DNA of 44,774 nucleotides from Oscillospiraceae bacterium (lineage in GTDB: Bacteria; Bacillota; Clostridia; Oscillospirales; UBA929): assembly GCA_031255175.1 (NCBI GenBank), contig JAIRTA010000058.1, positions 1 through 44,774 of the forward strand, read 5' to 3'. Shown here piece by piece: positions 18,402 to 27,314 of this stretch. The position numbers and the translations under genes were made by a program. The notes below the pieces were generated by a model. That model did not search any database. It was not told the DNA's origin and saw only the letters and a program-made list of their open reading frames with translations. Numbering within the stretch: the first letter of the stretch is position 1; the number at the start of each line of letters is the position of its first letter.

Positions 18402-19622
18402 TCACGACAGCACCTTGCCGTCAAACAGGTCCTTGGCCCGGACAATGATCTCGTCGCCGGGCAGCAGCGCGTCGCTTTCCTCCGGCGTGTAGGTGACAAG
18501 GTAGTAGTTGCCCCGTTCGAGCAGGATCTCGATCTTCTTAAACCGCGCCTGGTTCAGCACCCGGCAGTACACCCCCGGCCCCTTCTCCTCGTCCATGCGT
18601 GTGGACCCGCGGGGGATGCGGATCCCCGTGTAGCTCTCGCGCAAAATCCGCACGCTCTGGCGGCGCAGATCCGCGAAGTTGATCATGTCCCGATCGCTCT
18701 CCAACACGAGCAGGCATGTGCCGTCCGCCGCCGGTTCCACCCGTTTGACGCGCGCCTGCGCCCGGTACTCGTCCGAACCGACGCGCATCTCGACCTGCGC
18801 ACCCGGTGTAAAGCTCCGCGACTCCGCCTCCGGGATGACGGCCGCGTATTGCCATGCAAAGCCGAAGATCAGCTTTCCCAAATAGGCCCCGGAGTCCGCC
18901 GCCGGAGGCCGCGCGAGGAACGCGGTGACGTCCTCGGCCGTCATCTCGTCGAGCGCCGCCGGTGTGAGAACCGCCTCATACCCGTCCACAACCCGGCTGA
19001 AAGTGCCCGGGCTGTCCGCCGTCACGGGGGTGACGTCCCAGTCGGCCGCCCGCCGCTTTGTCTGATATTCCTCCTCGAGCCGCTCAATCAGCACGTCCAG
19101 GTCCTCGCCGCCTCCAAAGGTATAATCCCGTTTGTACAGCAGGGACCGCATCTCCATGTCCTGCCCGCGCAGGTCCCGCAGGTCGCCGTTGTCGACGGCG
19201 CCGATGATGGCCAACACGCTGTCACGGATTGTCTCGTCCAACGCCGACGGGTTTGTGATGTCAACCGCGCGCCGGCGGATGTAGGCGAGCTGTTCAATGC
19301 GTTCGGAGAGCCGCCGCAGCTCCTCAAAGGTTCCCTGGACCGAGGGGTCCCGGTAGGCCACGGCCAGCGTCTCCCCCCGCGCCACCCGCGCACCCTCCGC
19401 CACCCGCGTCTCGACGATCCCGTCCGCCAGCGGCAGCGCGCGTTCGTCGCGCACAAAGACGCCGTCTGTCTCCAACGTCTCCTCCACCGTGTACAGCACG
19501 GCGTTCACCGTACCCACCGGGTCGTTGAAGGCGTCAATGACATGGTACCCCATGAAGGCCACGACAAAGACAAAGAGCAGCAAAAACACAAAGCGCGTGA
19601 CCCAAACTCCCTGCTTTTTCAT
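18402..19622 (-). CDS. HlyD/membrane-fusion-protein-like single-pass membrane protein
   Basis: N-terminal TM helix, barrel-sandwich halves (VAEGARVARGETLA; ADSPGTFSRVVDGYE), helical hairpin, C-terminal GIRIP..GVY..GDEII. Confidence 0.75.
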   Translation of the reverse strand: MKKQGVWVTRFVFLLLFVFVVAFMGYHVIDAFNDPVGTVNAVLYTVEETLETDGVFVRDERALPLADGIVETRVAEGARVARGETLAVAYRDPSVQGTFEELRRLSERIEQLAYIRRRAVDITNPSALDETIRDSVLAIIGAVDNGDLRDLRGQDMEMRSLLYKRDYTFGGGEDLDVLIERLEEEYQTKRRAADWDVTPVTADSPGTFSRVVDGYEAVLTPAALDEMTAEDVTAFLARPPAADSGAYLGKLIFGFAWQYAAVIPEAESRSFTPGAQVEMRVGSDEYRAQARVKRVEPAADGTCLLVLESDRDMINFADLRRQSVRILRESYTGIRIPRGSTRMDEEKGPGVYCRVLNQARFKKIEILLERGNYYLVTYTPEESDALLPGDEIIVRAKDLFDGKVLS

Positions 19623-19629
19623 GGCACTC

Positions 19630-19893
19630 TCATCCGACCGGGCGCGCGGTCTCTCCCTGCGGGGCGGGGGTCTCATTGGGCAGGGACACGGGGCGGAACG
19701 GAATGATCGTGGAGATGGCGTGTTTGTAAATGAGCTGCTGCCGGCCGTCGGCCTCCATCACCACCGTGAAGTTGTCAAACGCGCGCACCACGCCCTTGAT
19801 CTGAAACCCGTTGACCAGAAAGACCGTGACGTTCTGATGGTCGCGGCGGAACTGATTGAGGAATAGATCCTGATAATTTGTTGTTTTTTGCAT
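19630..19893 (-). CDS. hfq: RNA chaperone Hfq
   Basis: QDLFLN, VFLVNGFQIKG, FDNFTV, QLIYKHAISTI; lies after miaA. Confidence 0.96.
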   Translation of the reverse strand: MQKTTNYQDLFLNQFRRDHQNVTVFLVNGFQIKGVVRAFDNFTVVMEADGRQQLIYKHAISTIIPFRPVSLPNETPAPQGETARPVG

Positions 19894-19985
19894 ATACGAA
19901 CTCCTTCCCAAAACACAAGGCGGTCACAGCGGCCGGGCGATGGATCTCGGGCGTCCCCGCCGGTCGGCATTGTCCCCATCATACC

Positions 19986-20942
19986 TCAGAATAAAATAGA
20001 TTTCTCCACGATTTCAGTCGAGGCCTCGAGGAGATTTTCCGCGTCGGCGTCCAGCCACTCCGCGTCCCATTGGTGGGCAAACCAGGTGACCTGCCGTTTG
20101 GCGTAGCGCCGGGTGGCCTGTTTGATCCGCGCGACGGCCTCCGTCGGCGTGGCATCCCCATCCAGCACCTCGCCTAGCTCCCGGTATCCGATGGCGTTCA
20201 TCGCGGGGGCGTCCGCCGGCACGCCCTCGGCGCGGAGCCTGCGCACCTCTTCTAAAAACCCCAGAGACATCATCTCATCCACACGCGCGTCGATGCGCTC
20301 ATACAGTTTGGCCCGGTCGCGCCGCAGGCCGATCGTCAGCGTCTCAAAGCGCCGCAGCCGCCGGGCGCTCCGGCGCAGATGCTCCGCCATTGTGACGCCG
20401 GTCTCGCTGAAGACCTCCAACGCCCTGACGACCCGCACGTGGTCCTGCCGGTGGAGCCGCCCGGCCGTCTCCTCATCGACCGCCCGCAGCGCCTCAAAGA
20501 GCCGCTCCTCGCCGTGCATCTCGAGGTAGGCCTGCCAATAGACCCGCGCGGCCCCGCCGGAACCCGGGGCGTTGCCTCCCCCGTCGCCGTACATGCCGGT
20601 CACGAGCGCGCGCAGATAGAGCCCCGTGCCGCCCACCACAACGGGCACCCGCCCCCGCGCCAGCACCCGCTCGACCGACTGGGTCGCCTCGGCGGCGTAA
20701 CGGGCGGCGGAGTAGTTCTCCCGGGGGTCGGCCACATCGATCATGTGGTGCGGTATGTCCCCCCGTTCCTCCGCCGTGGGCTTGGCCGTGCCGACGTCCA
20801 TGCCCCGGTAGATCTGCCGGGAGTCGCAGGAGATCACTTCGCCCCCCACCGCACGGGCCAGACAGCAGGAGAGCGCCGTCTTTCCGACGGCGGTGGGCCC
20901 CACCAAACAGATCAGCGGCTGTCGCCGCTTCGGCCTTCTCAT
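19986..20942 (-). CDS. miaA: tRNA dimethylallyltransferase
   Basis: GPTAVGKT, DSRQIYRGMDVGTAKP, VGGTGLY, AIGYRE, TRRYAKRQ.TW; ATG 20942 overlaps the mutL stop. Confidence 0.96.
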   Translation of the reverse strand: MRRPKRRQPLICLVGPTAVGKTALSCCLARAVGGEVISCDSRQIYRGMDVGTAKPTAEERGDIPHHMIDVADPRENYSAARYAAEATQSVERVLARGRVPVVVGGTGLYLRALVTGMYGDGGGNAPGSGGAARVYWQAYLEMHGEERLFEALRAVDEETAGRLHRQDHVRVVRALEVFSETGVTMAEHLRRSARRLRRFETLTIGLRRDRAKLYERIDARVDEMMSLGFLEEVRRLRAEGVPADAPAMNAIGYRELGEVLDGDATPTEAVARIKQATRRYAKRQVTWFAHQWDAEWLDADAENLLEASTEIVEKSILF

Positions 20943-22852
20943 TGCCGTTTGAACTGCCGCATCATATCGGCGCGGCTGATCGAGACCGCCACCGGGCGGC
21001 CGTGCGGACAATGACGCAGCGCCGGGTCCTCCGCAACCTGGGCCGCCAGCGCCTCCGCCTCTCCGGGGTGGGAACGCCGCCCCAGTTTGACGGCCGACCG
21101 GCAGGCCACCATGTGCAGGATGTCGTCAAAGAGGCGGGGCGCCGAATCCCGGCGGCCCTCCCGCAGCCGTTCGGACACCTCATCGAGCAGCGCGGGCAGC
21201 GCCGCGGCGTCCACATCGGCCGGCGCTTCGCGCACCAGCAGCGCGCCGTCGCCGAAGTCCTCCAACAAAAAGCCCATTTCGGAGAGCATCTCCGCGTGTT
21301 CGAGCAGTACCGCCGCCGCCGCGGGCGGAGGCGTCAGTACCAGGGGCGTCAGCAATACCTGCGCCATCTGCGCCGTCCGCCTCTCTTTCAGCCGATTGAA
21401 GACGATGCGCTCGTGCGCGGCGTGTTTGTCGATCAAAAGAATTCCGTCGGTCTCCTCCACGATGAGGACCCCATCCATCACCTCGCCCACAAAGCGCCAG
21501 GGCGGCGGCGGCTCCGGATCCGCCCGGGTCTCGGCGCTCTCCGGGCGGCCGGGCCTCCCGGACGACTCCGCCGGCTGGGCGGAGCGGACCGCGGACCCAT
21601 AACCGCCGACACCCGGCCGGCTGAGCGGCAGCGCGGACGCGCCCGGCAGCTCCGCCGCGGGGGACGCGTAAGAAACCGGCGCCGGCCGGCCCGCGTCGGC
21701 GACCGGCACAGGAGGCGCGGCGGCCGGCGTGTCCGCCTGCGCGCGGTACTGCTCCGCCGTCATGGTGCGCCACGCGTCCGGCCGGGGCCGGGCCGAGGCG
21801 TGAAACGCCGCGCGCGGCACCTGCGGCGCGGATGGCCGCGCCGCCTCCCATTCCGGGCGCCCGAGCACCGACAACGCGCCGCGCACGGCGTAAAATACCG
21901 CGTCGAATATCTCCCGTTCCGAAGAAAATTTGATCTCGCTCTTGGCGGGGTGAACATTGACGTCATAGGCCGAGGGCGGCAGGTCCAGGTGCAGCACACA
22001 GGCCGGGTACCGCCCGGCCATGACGGCGTGGCGGCCCGCCTCCTCCAAGGCCGCCGTCACCGTGCGGGCATGTACGGGCCGGCCGGACACCAGGACGTGC
22101 TGGGCCTGGCGGCTGCCCTGCGCCTTCTCGGGGCGGCTGACAAACCCCCACACGCGGACCCCTCCCTGTTCGCTGGGCGGCACCTCGCACAGCCCCTCCG
22201 CAAAGGCCCGCCCGAAGACACTGTACAGACAGGAACGCAGGTTCCCGTCGCCCGGGGTGTGCAGCGTCGGGCGGCCGTCGCGCACGTATTGAAAAGAGAT
22301 CTCCGGGTGGGAGAGCGCGGCCCGCTGCACCACCGCCTGCACGTGGGCCGACTCCGTCGTGTCTTTTTTGAGGAACTTCTGCCGGGCCGGGGTGTTGTAA
22401 AAAAGATCGCGCACCACGAGGGTCGTCCCCTCGGGGCAGCCGGTTTCCCGACTCTCGGTCACCGCGCCGGCCTCCAACATGAGCGCCGTGCCCATCACGC
22501 CGCCGCGAACGCGCGTGATGAGCTGCACACGGCTCACGGCGGCGATGGCGGCCAGCGCCTCGCCGCGAAACCCCAGCGTGCGCACCGCCGTGAGGTCCTC
22601 CGCCGAACGGATCTTGCTGGTGGCATGGCGCAAAAACGCCGCCTGCGCGTCTTCCGGCGCCATGCCCTCCCCGTTGTCGGTCACCCGCAGCAGCCGCACG
22701 CCGCCGCCGGCCGACTCGACCGTCACGGCCGTGGCGCCTGCGTCGATGGCGTTTTCGATGAGCTCCTTGACCGCCGCCGCCGGCCGCTCCACCACCTCGC
22801 CGGCGGCAATGAGGTCGGCCACATGGGGCGCCAGGGTATGGATCTTCGACAT
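20939..22852 (-). CDS. mutL: DNA mismatch repair endonuclease MutL
   Basis: IAAGEVVERP, KELIENAIDA, LGFRGEAL, DVNVHPAK, DKHAAHER, ACR, CPHGRP. Confidence 0.97.
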   Translation of the reverse strand: MSKIHTLAPHVADLIAAGEVVERPAAAVKELIENAIDAGATAVTVESAGGGVRLLRVTDNGEGMAPEDAQAAFLRHATSKIRSAEDLTAVRTLGFRGEALAAIAAVSRVQLITRVRGGVMGTALMLEAGAVTESRETGCPEGTTLVVRDLFYNTPARQKFLKKDTTESAHVQAVVQRAALSHPEISFQYVRDGRPTLHTPGDGNLRSCLYSVFGRAFAEGLCEVPPSEQGGVRVWGFVSRPEKAQGSRQAQHVLVSGRPVHARTVTAALEEAGRHAVMAGRYPACVLHLDLPPSAYDVNVHPAKSEIKFSSEREIFDAVFYAVRGALSVLGRPEWEAARPSAPQVPRAAFHASARPRPDAWRTMTAEQYRAQADTPAAAPPVPVADAGRPAPVSYASPAAELPGASALPLSRPGVGGYGSAVRSAQPAESSGRPGRPESAETRADPEPPPPWRFVGEVMDGVLIVEETDGILLIDKHAAHERIVFNRLKERRTAQMAQVLLTPLVLTPPPAAAAVLLEHAEMLSEMGFLLEDFGDGALLVREAPADVDAAALPALLDEVSERLREGRRDSAPRLFDDILHMVACRSAVKLGRRSHPGEAEALAAQVAEDPALRHCPHGRPVAVSISRADMMRQFKRQ

Positions 22853-22884
22853 GGGCGACTCTCCTTATTGCTGTCTTACCTAGT

Positions 22885-22913
22885 ACCATATCACAGATTC
22901 CCCCGCCGTTCAA
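22885..22913 (-). promoter_or_regulatory. Probable sigma-A promoter of the mutL operon
   Basis: TTGAAC, 17 bp, TG-a-TATGGT (extended -10). Confidence 0.5.
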
Positions 22914-23050
22914 GGCATTTTGTGAGACGCGCCACGATTTGCCGACATTTTTGTATGGTTTTGCCGGCTGGGAGGCGCTCCGACGGCGGTCTTCCTAAAA
23001 AAACGCCCGATCGTCCCAAAAAACTACCCGCCGGTCGCCCCGGTCCCGCC

Positions 23051-23079
23051 TTGACGTACCTTGGCCGTGATGATACAAT
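23051..23079 (+). promoter_or_regulatory. Sigma-A promoter of the small His/Cys ORF and lipoprotein
   Basis: TTGACG (23051-23056), 17 bp, TG-a-TACAAT (23074-23079). Confidence 0.75.
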
Positions 23080-23131
23080 AGCGGTAACAAACATGTGTGA
23101 CGGCAGTCGGCCGGGAAGGGAGTGACGCGCC

Positions 23132-23419
23132 GTGAAGTACAGACGATGGATGATCGCGCTCTGCGTGCTGCTGGCGGCGGCGGCTCTTCTCTCGCTCGCG
23201 TACCTCGCGGAGAACGCGGGCCACACCTGCGCCGACGGTGCTTGCCATGTCTGCCGTCACATGACGGCGGCCCGCAGTCTGCTCGCGCAGCTCGGGTGCG
23301 CCCTGTTGGCGGCGGCGGGTCTGTCCGCGGTACTGTCGACCGCGTGCGCGCGCTTTTTCGCCGCCGGCGGCCCTCCGCGGCCGTCCCCGGTGCGCCTGGA
23401 AGTCAGACGGAACAACTGA
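23132..23419 (+). CDS. Small membrane protein with an HxCx4CxxC motif (putative metal-sensing leader)
   Basis: GTG start with GGAAGGGAG RBS directly after a strong promoter; TM helix, HTCADGACHVCRH, second hydrophobic stretch, tail PPRPSPVRLEVRRNN. Confidence 0.7.
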   Translation: MKYRRWMIALCVLLAAAALLSLAYLAENAGHTCADGACHVCRHMTAARSLLAQLGCALLAAAGLSAVLSTACARFFAAGGPPRPSPVRLEVRRNN

Positions 23420-23519
23420 ATGGGGCACGGGCAGATGTGCGTCGGCTTCGCCGGGCGCGCCTTCTGCCCTCTTTGCATCGCCAAATTTTCCAAAATTTTA
23501 CATTCAGAGGTGACGTCTT

Positions 23520-24101
23520 ATGAAACGTTGTGCACCGTTGCTTTTGTCGTTCTTCCTGCTGATGGGGTGCGCGTCCACCTCCGCGCCGGCCGGCGCCCGC
23601 AACGCCGCGGGGACGCAGAGCATCTCCGTCCCCACGCCCGCCCCCACGCCGTCTCCCGACGTTGTTCAGGAGACCGACGCCCCCGACGCGCCGGCTCCCT
23701 CGCCCGCCGCCCCCCATGCCGTGGTTCTTCCGGCGCCGGTGGGCAATGTCGTTGAGATCAAAGAGAAGCTCTTCATCGCCCAGACAAACGATATTTATCT
23801 GAACGCTGAGGATTACCTGGGCAAAACACTCCGCTACGAGGGATTTTTCGACGAATATGTCGACGAGTTCACCGGCAATGTCTACCGCCTTGTGCTTCGC
23901 AACGGCCCCGGCTGCTGCGGATATGACCAGACCGCCGGCTTCGAGGTCGTCTGGGACAAGGACTACCCGACCCTCAACGATTGGGTGGAGGCCACCGGTG
24001 TGCTGGAGACCTACGACGAGGACGGCGCGTCGTACCTGCGCGTGCGTCTGGCAAGCCTCAACGTCCTCGACGTCCGCGGCGCCGAATACGTGGAGAATTG
24101 A
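23520..24101 (+). CDS. Lipoprotein with a DUF1980/YcgQ(TIGR03943)-C-terminal-like CC-motif domain
   Basis: Lipobox LMGC, Pro/Ala/Thr linker, DIYLNAEDYLGKTLRYEG, RNGPGCCGYD..GFEV, DWVEATGVL; GAGGTGA RBS. Confidence 0.7.
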   Translation: MKRCAPLLLSFFLLMGCASTSAPAGARNAAGTQSISVPTPAPTPSPDVVQETDAPDAPAPSPAAPHAVVLPAPVGNVVEIKEKLFIAQTNDIYLNAEDYLGKTLRYEGFFDEYVDEFTGNVYRLVLRNGPGCCGYDQTAGFEVVWDKDYPTLNDWVEATGVLETYDEDGASYLRVRLASLNVLDVRGAEYVEN

Positions 24102-24126
24102 CATCGCGTGGAATTTGCGATACAAT
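24098..24126 (+). promoter_or_regulatory. Near-consensus sigma-A promoter for the hydrolase-mnmG-rsmG unit
   Basis: TTGACA (24098-24103, overlapping the lipoprotein TGA stop), 17 bp, TACAAT (24121-24126). Confidence 0.75.
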
Positions 24127-24198
24127 ACTGACGGTCACCTTTGGCGCGCGCCGAAGGGTATCAATACCGGCCGCAAGGCCGGAAGCGAGGTCGTCGGA

Positions 24199-25404
24199 TT
24201 GATAAGCAGAAGTCGGTATCGGGGCCGCAGCCGCCGCCGCAAGGGCATGACGGCGCTGGTGGTGATTTCGGCCGTGCTGGCGCTGGGGTTGGTCGCCGGC
24301 CTTTTGGTGTTGCCCAATTATCTCGTGTATATGCCGGACGGCCGCGTGTATTTCGATATTCCCTTCTTAAACCGGTGGCGTGAAGAGCCGCTCCCCACGC
24401 CCTCCGGCGCGGAGCTGCCTGTCCTGAGGACGCTCGACCCGCCGGTGCCCGATACCCCGACACCGACGCCGATGCCCACCCCCACACCGACGCCCGCCGC
24501 CGAACGGTCTTTCCACGCCCTGTACGCGCCGATCGCGCTGGTGCAGACGGAAGACGGCCTCAACGCGCTCCGCGCGCAGGTGACGGCCGGCGGGCCCGTC
24601 GACGCGCTGGTGCTGGAACTCAAGGCTGAGAGCGGCCTGCTGGCGTTTCGCTCGTCGATGCCCTTTGCGATCCAGGCCAAGGTGAGCGCCGAGACGGACG
24701 TCGCCGCCGCGCACATCCGCGCGCTGCGGCGCGAGGGGATCTATGTGGTGGCCGCTCTGTCCGCATTCAAAGACGCCTCGGTGCCGCAGCAGGAGTCGTC
24801 CGTCGGCGTCAAGCACGTCTCCGGGGTCAACTGGCTCGACAACACCCGTTCGCGCTGGCTGGACCCATACAAGGACCCGGCCCGGACCTACCTTCTGGGG
24901 CTGATCACGGAAGTGGCTGGGCTGGGTGTGGATGAGATCCTGCTGGACCGTTTTTCCTTCCCCGCAAGGGGGTCTTTGCACGCCATCAGCTACGGGGCCT
25001 ACGAAGACACTCCGCGCAGCGACGCGCTGGAAAGCTTCGCGCGGGAGGCGGCGGACCGGTTGGCCTCCTCTCACGTGGCGCTGTCCGTCATGTTGGAGGA
25101 CAAGACGGCGCAGACGGGGGAGGACCCCCTCGGCGGCCAGCGGCTGACGGCGCTGGCGTCTATCTTTGACCGAATATACGCGGCGGTGCCGCTGACCGAT
25201 ACGGGCGCCGCGTTCGCCCCCGTCCTGACGGCCGTATCCGCCGTGACGCCCGCGGACCGGCTCTCGGCCAAACTGGTGCCGGTGCTGACCGTTCCGGAGG
25301 ACCTGCCGCCGGAGACGCTGCAGATCTCCCTGGACGCCGCCGGCGGGCGGGAGGGCCTCGGCTGGCTGCTCATGAACGCGCAGGGCGTCTATACGGCCCC
25401 CTGA
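24199..25404 (+). CDS. Membrane-anchored putative glycoside hydrolase (DUF4015-like)
   Basis: TTG start after GAGG; Arg-rich N-terminus, TM helix, PT-repeat linker, VLELKAESG, FKD, WLDPY, GVDEILLDRFSFP. Confidence 0.7.
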   Translation: MISRSRYRGRSRRRKGMTALVVISAVLALGLVAGLLVLPNYLVYMPDGRVYFDIPFLNRWREEPLPTPSGAELPVLRTLDPPVPDTPTPTPMPTPTPTPAAERSFHALYAPIALVQTEDGLNALRAQVTAGGPVDALVLELKAESGLLAFRSSMPFAIQAKVSAETDVAAAHIRALRREGIYVVAALSAFKDASVPQQESSVGVKHVSGVNWLDNTRSRWLDPYKDPARTYLLGLITEVAGLGVDEILLDRFSFPARGSLHAISYGAYEDTPRSDALESFAREAADRLASSHVALSVMLEDKTAQTGEDPLGGQRLTALASIFDRIYAAVPLTDTGAAFAPVLTAVSAVTPADRLSAKLVPVLTVPEDLPPETLQISLDAAGGREGLGWLLMNAQGVYTAP

Positions 25405-25439
25405 CGGGGCAAAGATCTGATTCTTGAGAATGGGGAAGG

Positions 25440-27314
25440 ATGTCCATGACCTTCGATGCGGGACAATTTGACATCGCGGTGATCGGCGCCGGTCATGCCG
25501 GGATTGAGGCGGCATTGGCCGGCGCCCGTTTGGGTCTGCGCGTCGTGCTGTTTGCCATGCATCTCGACGCGGTGGCAAACCTCCCCTGCAACCCGGCCAT
25601 CGGCGGCACGGCCAAGGGCCACCTGGTGCGGGAGATCGACGCGCTGGGCGGCGAGATGGGCCGGGCGGCCGACGCGTGCTGCATCCAGTACCGCCTGCTC
25701 AACCGGGGCAAGGGCCCCGCGGTACACAGCCTGCGCGCGCAGGCCGACCGGCGCCGGTACGGCGCGCATATGAAGGCCCTGCTGGAACGCACGCCGAACC
25801 TCTGCCTCAAACAGGCCGAGATCGTCGATCTGGGCCCCGCCGGGGGGCCCGTCGCCTGGGTGGATACGGCGCTGGGCGCGCGCTACGCGGTGCGCGCGGT
25901 TGTCGTCGCGGCGGGCACCTATCTAAACGCCCGCGTGATCACCGGCGCCTCGGTGCGGGCGAGCGGCCCGGACGGGCTGATGCCCTCCGTCTCCCTCTCC
26001 GACGTGCTGCGGGCGCTCGGTCTCCCGCTCCAGCGGTTCAAGACCGGCACACCGCCCCGCGTCAACGCGCGCAGCGTGGATTTTTCCGAAATGGAGCTTC
26101 AGCCGGGCGACGACGACGCCCCCGCCTTCTCGTTTGAGACGGCGGAGAGACCGCGCAACCGGGCGGTCTGTCACCTCACGTGGACGACGCCCGAGACGCA
26201 CGCCGTCATACGCGAGAATCTGCATCTGAGCCCGCTTTACGCCGGCGTCATCCGGGGCGTCGGGGCGCGCTACTGCCCCTCCATCGAAGACAAGGTGGTG
26301 CGCTTTGCGGACAAACGCCGCCACCCGCTGTTCGTCGAGCCGACGGGACTCGACACCGAGGAACTGTATCTGCAAGGGCTGTCCTCGTCGCTGCCGGAGG
26401 AGGTACAGCGCAAGGTGCTGCGCTCCATTCCGGGGCTGCGGCGCGCCGAAGTGACGCGGCCCGCCTACGCCATCGAATATGACTGCCTCGACCCGCTCTG
26501 CCTGACCCCCGCGCTGGAGACGCGCGCCGTGCCGGGCCTCTACTGCGCCGGGCAGATCTGCGGCACCTCCGGCTATGAGGAGGCGGCGGCGCAGGGGCTC
26601 GTCGCCGGGATCAACGCCGCCCGGGCGCTGCGGGGCGAAACGCCCCTGGTGTTGGACCGCGCCTCATCCTACATCGGCACGCTGATCGACGATCTGGTGA
26701 CGCGCGGCACGGACGAGCCCTACCGTATGATGACCTCCCGGTCGGAATACCGGCTGTTGCTGCGGCAAGACAACGCCGACGCCCGCCTGACGCCGATCGG
26801 GCATGAAATCGGCCTTATCTCCCCCGAGAGATACCGCCGCACGCGCGAAAAATACGCGCAGGTGGCGCGCGAGATCGCGCGGCTGTCCGCCGCCGTGGCG
26901 CCGCCCTCCGAATCGTTCGCGGCTTTTTTGCGGGCGCGAAACAGCGCCGTGCCGACCACCGGCGTGCGCCTGTCCGACCTCGTGCGCCGGCCCGAGCTCT
27001 CCTACGACGCGCTGGCCCCCTTCGACCCGGACCGCCCGCCGCTGGCCCCCGAGGTGCAAGAGCAGGTGGAGATCACTCTGCGCTACGAGGGCTATCTCAA
27101 GCGGCAGGAAGCCCATGTGGCGCAGTTCAAGCGCATGGAGAGCCGCCTGCTGCCCGGGGACATCGACTACGCCGCGATCCACGGGCTGCGTCTGGAGGCG
27201 CGGCAAAAGCTGGACAGAGTGCGCCCGGTTTCGCTGGGGCAGGCCTCCCGCATCTCCGGCGTCAGCCCCGCCGACATGACCGCATTGATGATCCACCTGG
27301 GGCGTCCGTCATGA
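25440..27314 (+). CDS. mnmG: tRNA uridine-5-carboxymethylaminomethyl(34) synthesis enzyme MnmG (GidA)
   Basis: GAGHAG.EAA, CNPAIGG.AKG, KGPAV, RFKTGTPPR, RYCPSIEDK, AGQICGTSGYEEAAAQG, SRISGVSPAD; alternative start at 25446. Confidence 0.97.
   Translation: MSMTFDAGQFDIAVIGAGHAGIEAALAGARLGLRVVLFAMHLDAVANLPCNPAIGGTAKGHLVREIDALGGEMGRAADACCIQYRLLNRGKGPAVHSLRAQADRRRYGAHMKALLERTPNLCLKQAEIVDLGPAGGPVAWVDTALGARYAVRAVVVAAGTYLNARVITGASVRASGPDGLMPSVSLSDVLRALGLPLQRFKTGTPPRVNARSVDFSEMELQPGDDDAPAFSFETAERPRNRAVCHLTWTTPETHAVIRENLHLSPLYAGVIRGVGARYCPSIEDKVVRFADKRRHPLFVEPTGLDTEELYLQGLSSSLPEEVQRKVLRSIPGLRRAEVTRPAYAIEYDCLDPLCLTPALETRAVPGLYCAGQICGTSGYEEAAAQGLVAGINAARALRGETPLVLDRASSYIGTLIDDLVTRGTDEPYRMMTSRSEYRLLLRQDNADARLTPIGHEIGLISPERYRRTREKYAQVAREIARLSAAVAPPSESFAAFLRARNSAVPTTGVRLSDLVRRPELSYDALAPFDPDRPPLAPEVQEQVEITLRYEGYLKRQEAHVAQFKRMESRLLPGDIDYAAIHGLRLEARQKLDRVRPVSLGQASRISGVSPADMTALMIHLGRPS

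Noticed and set aside
23857-24198. N-terminal extension of the 515-aa ORF
   Set aside because: Overlaps the lipoprotein gene and lies upstream of the promoter at 24098-24126; TTG 24199 has an RBS.
24440-24500. CCGACG/CCCACG repeats
   Set aside because: They encode an ordinary Pro-Thr linker in a surface protein, as in the lipoprotein and DivIVA tails.
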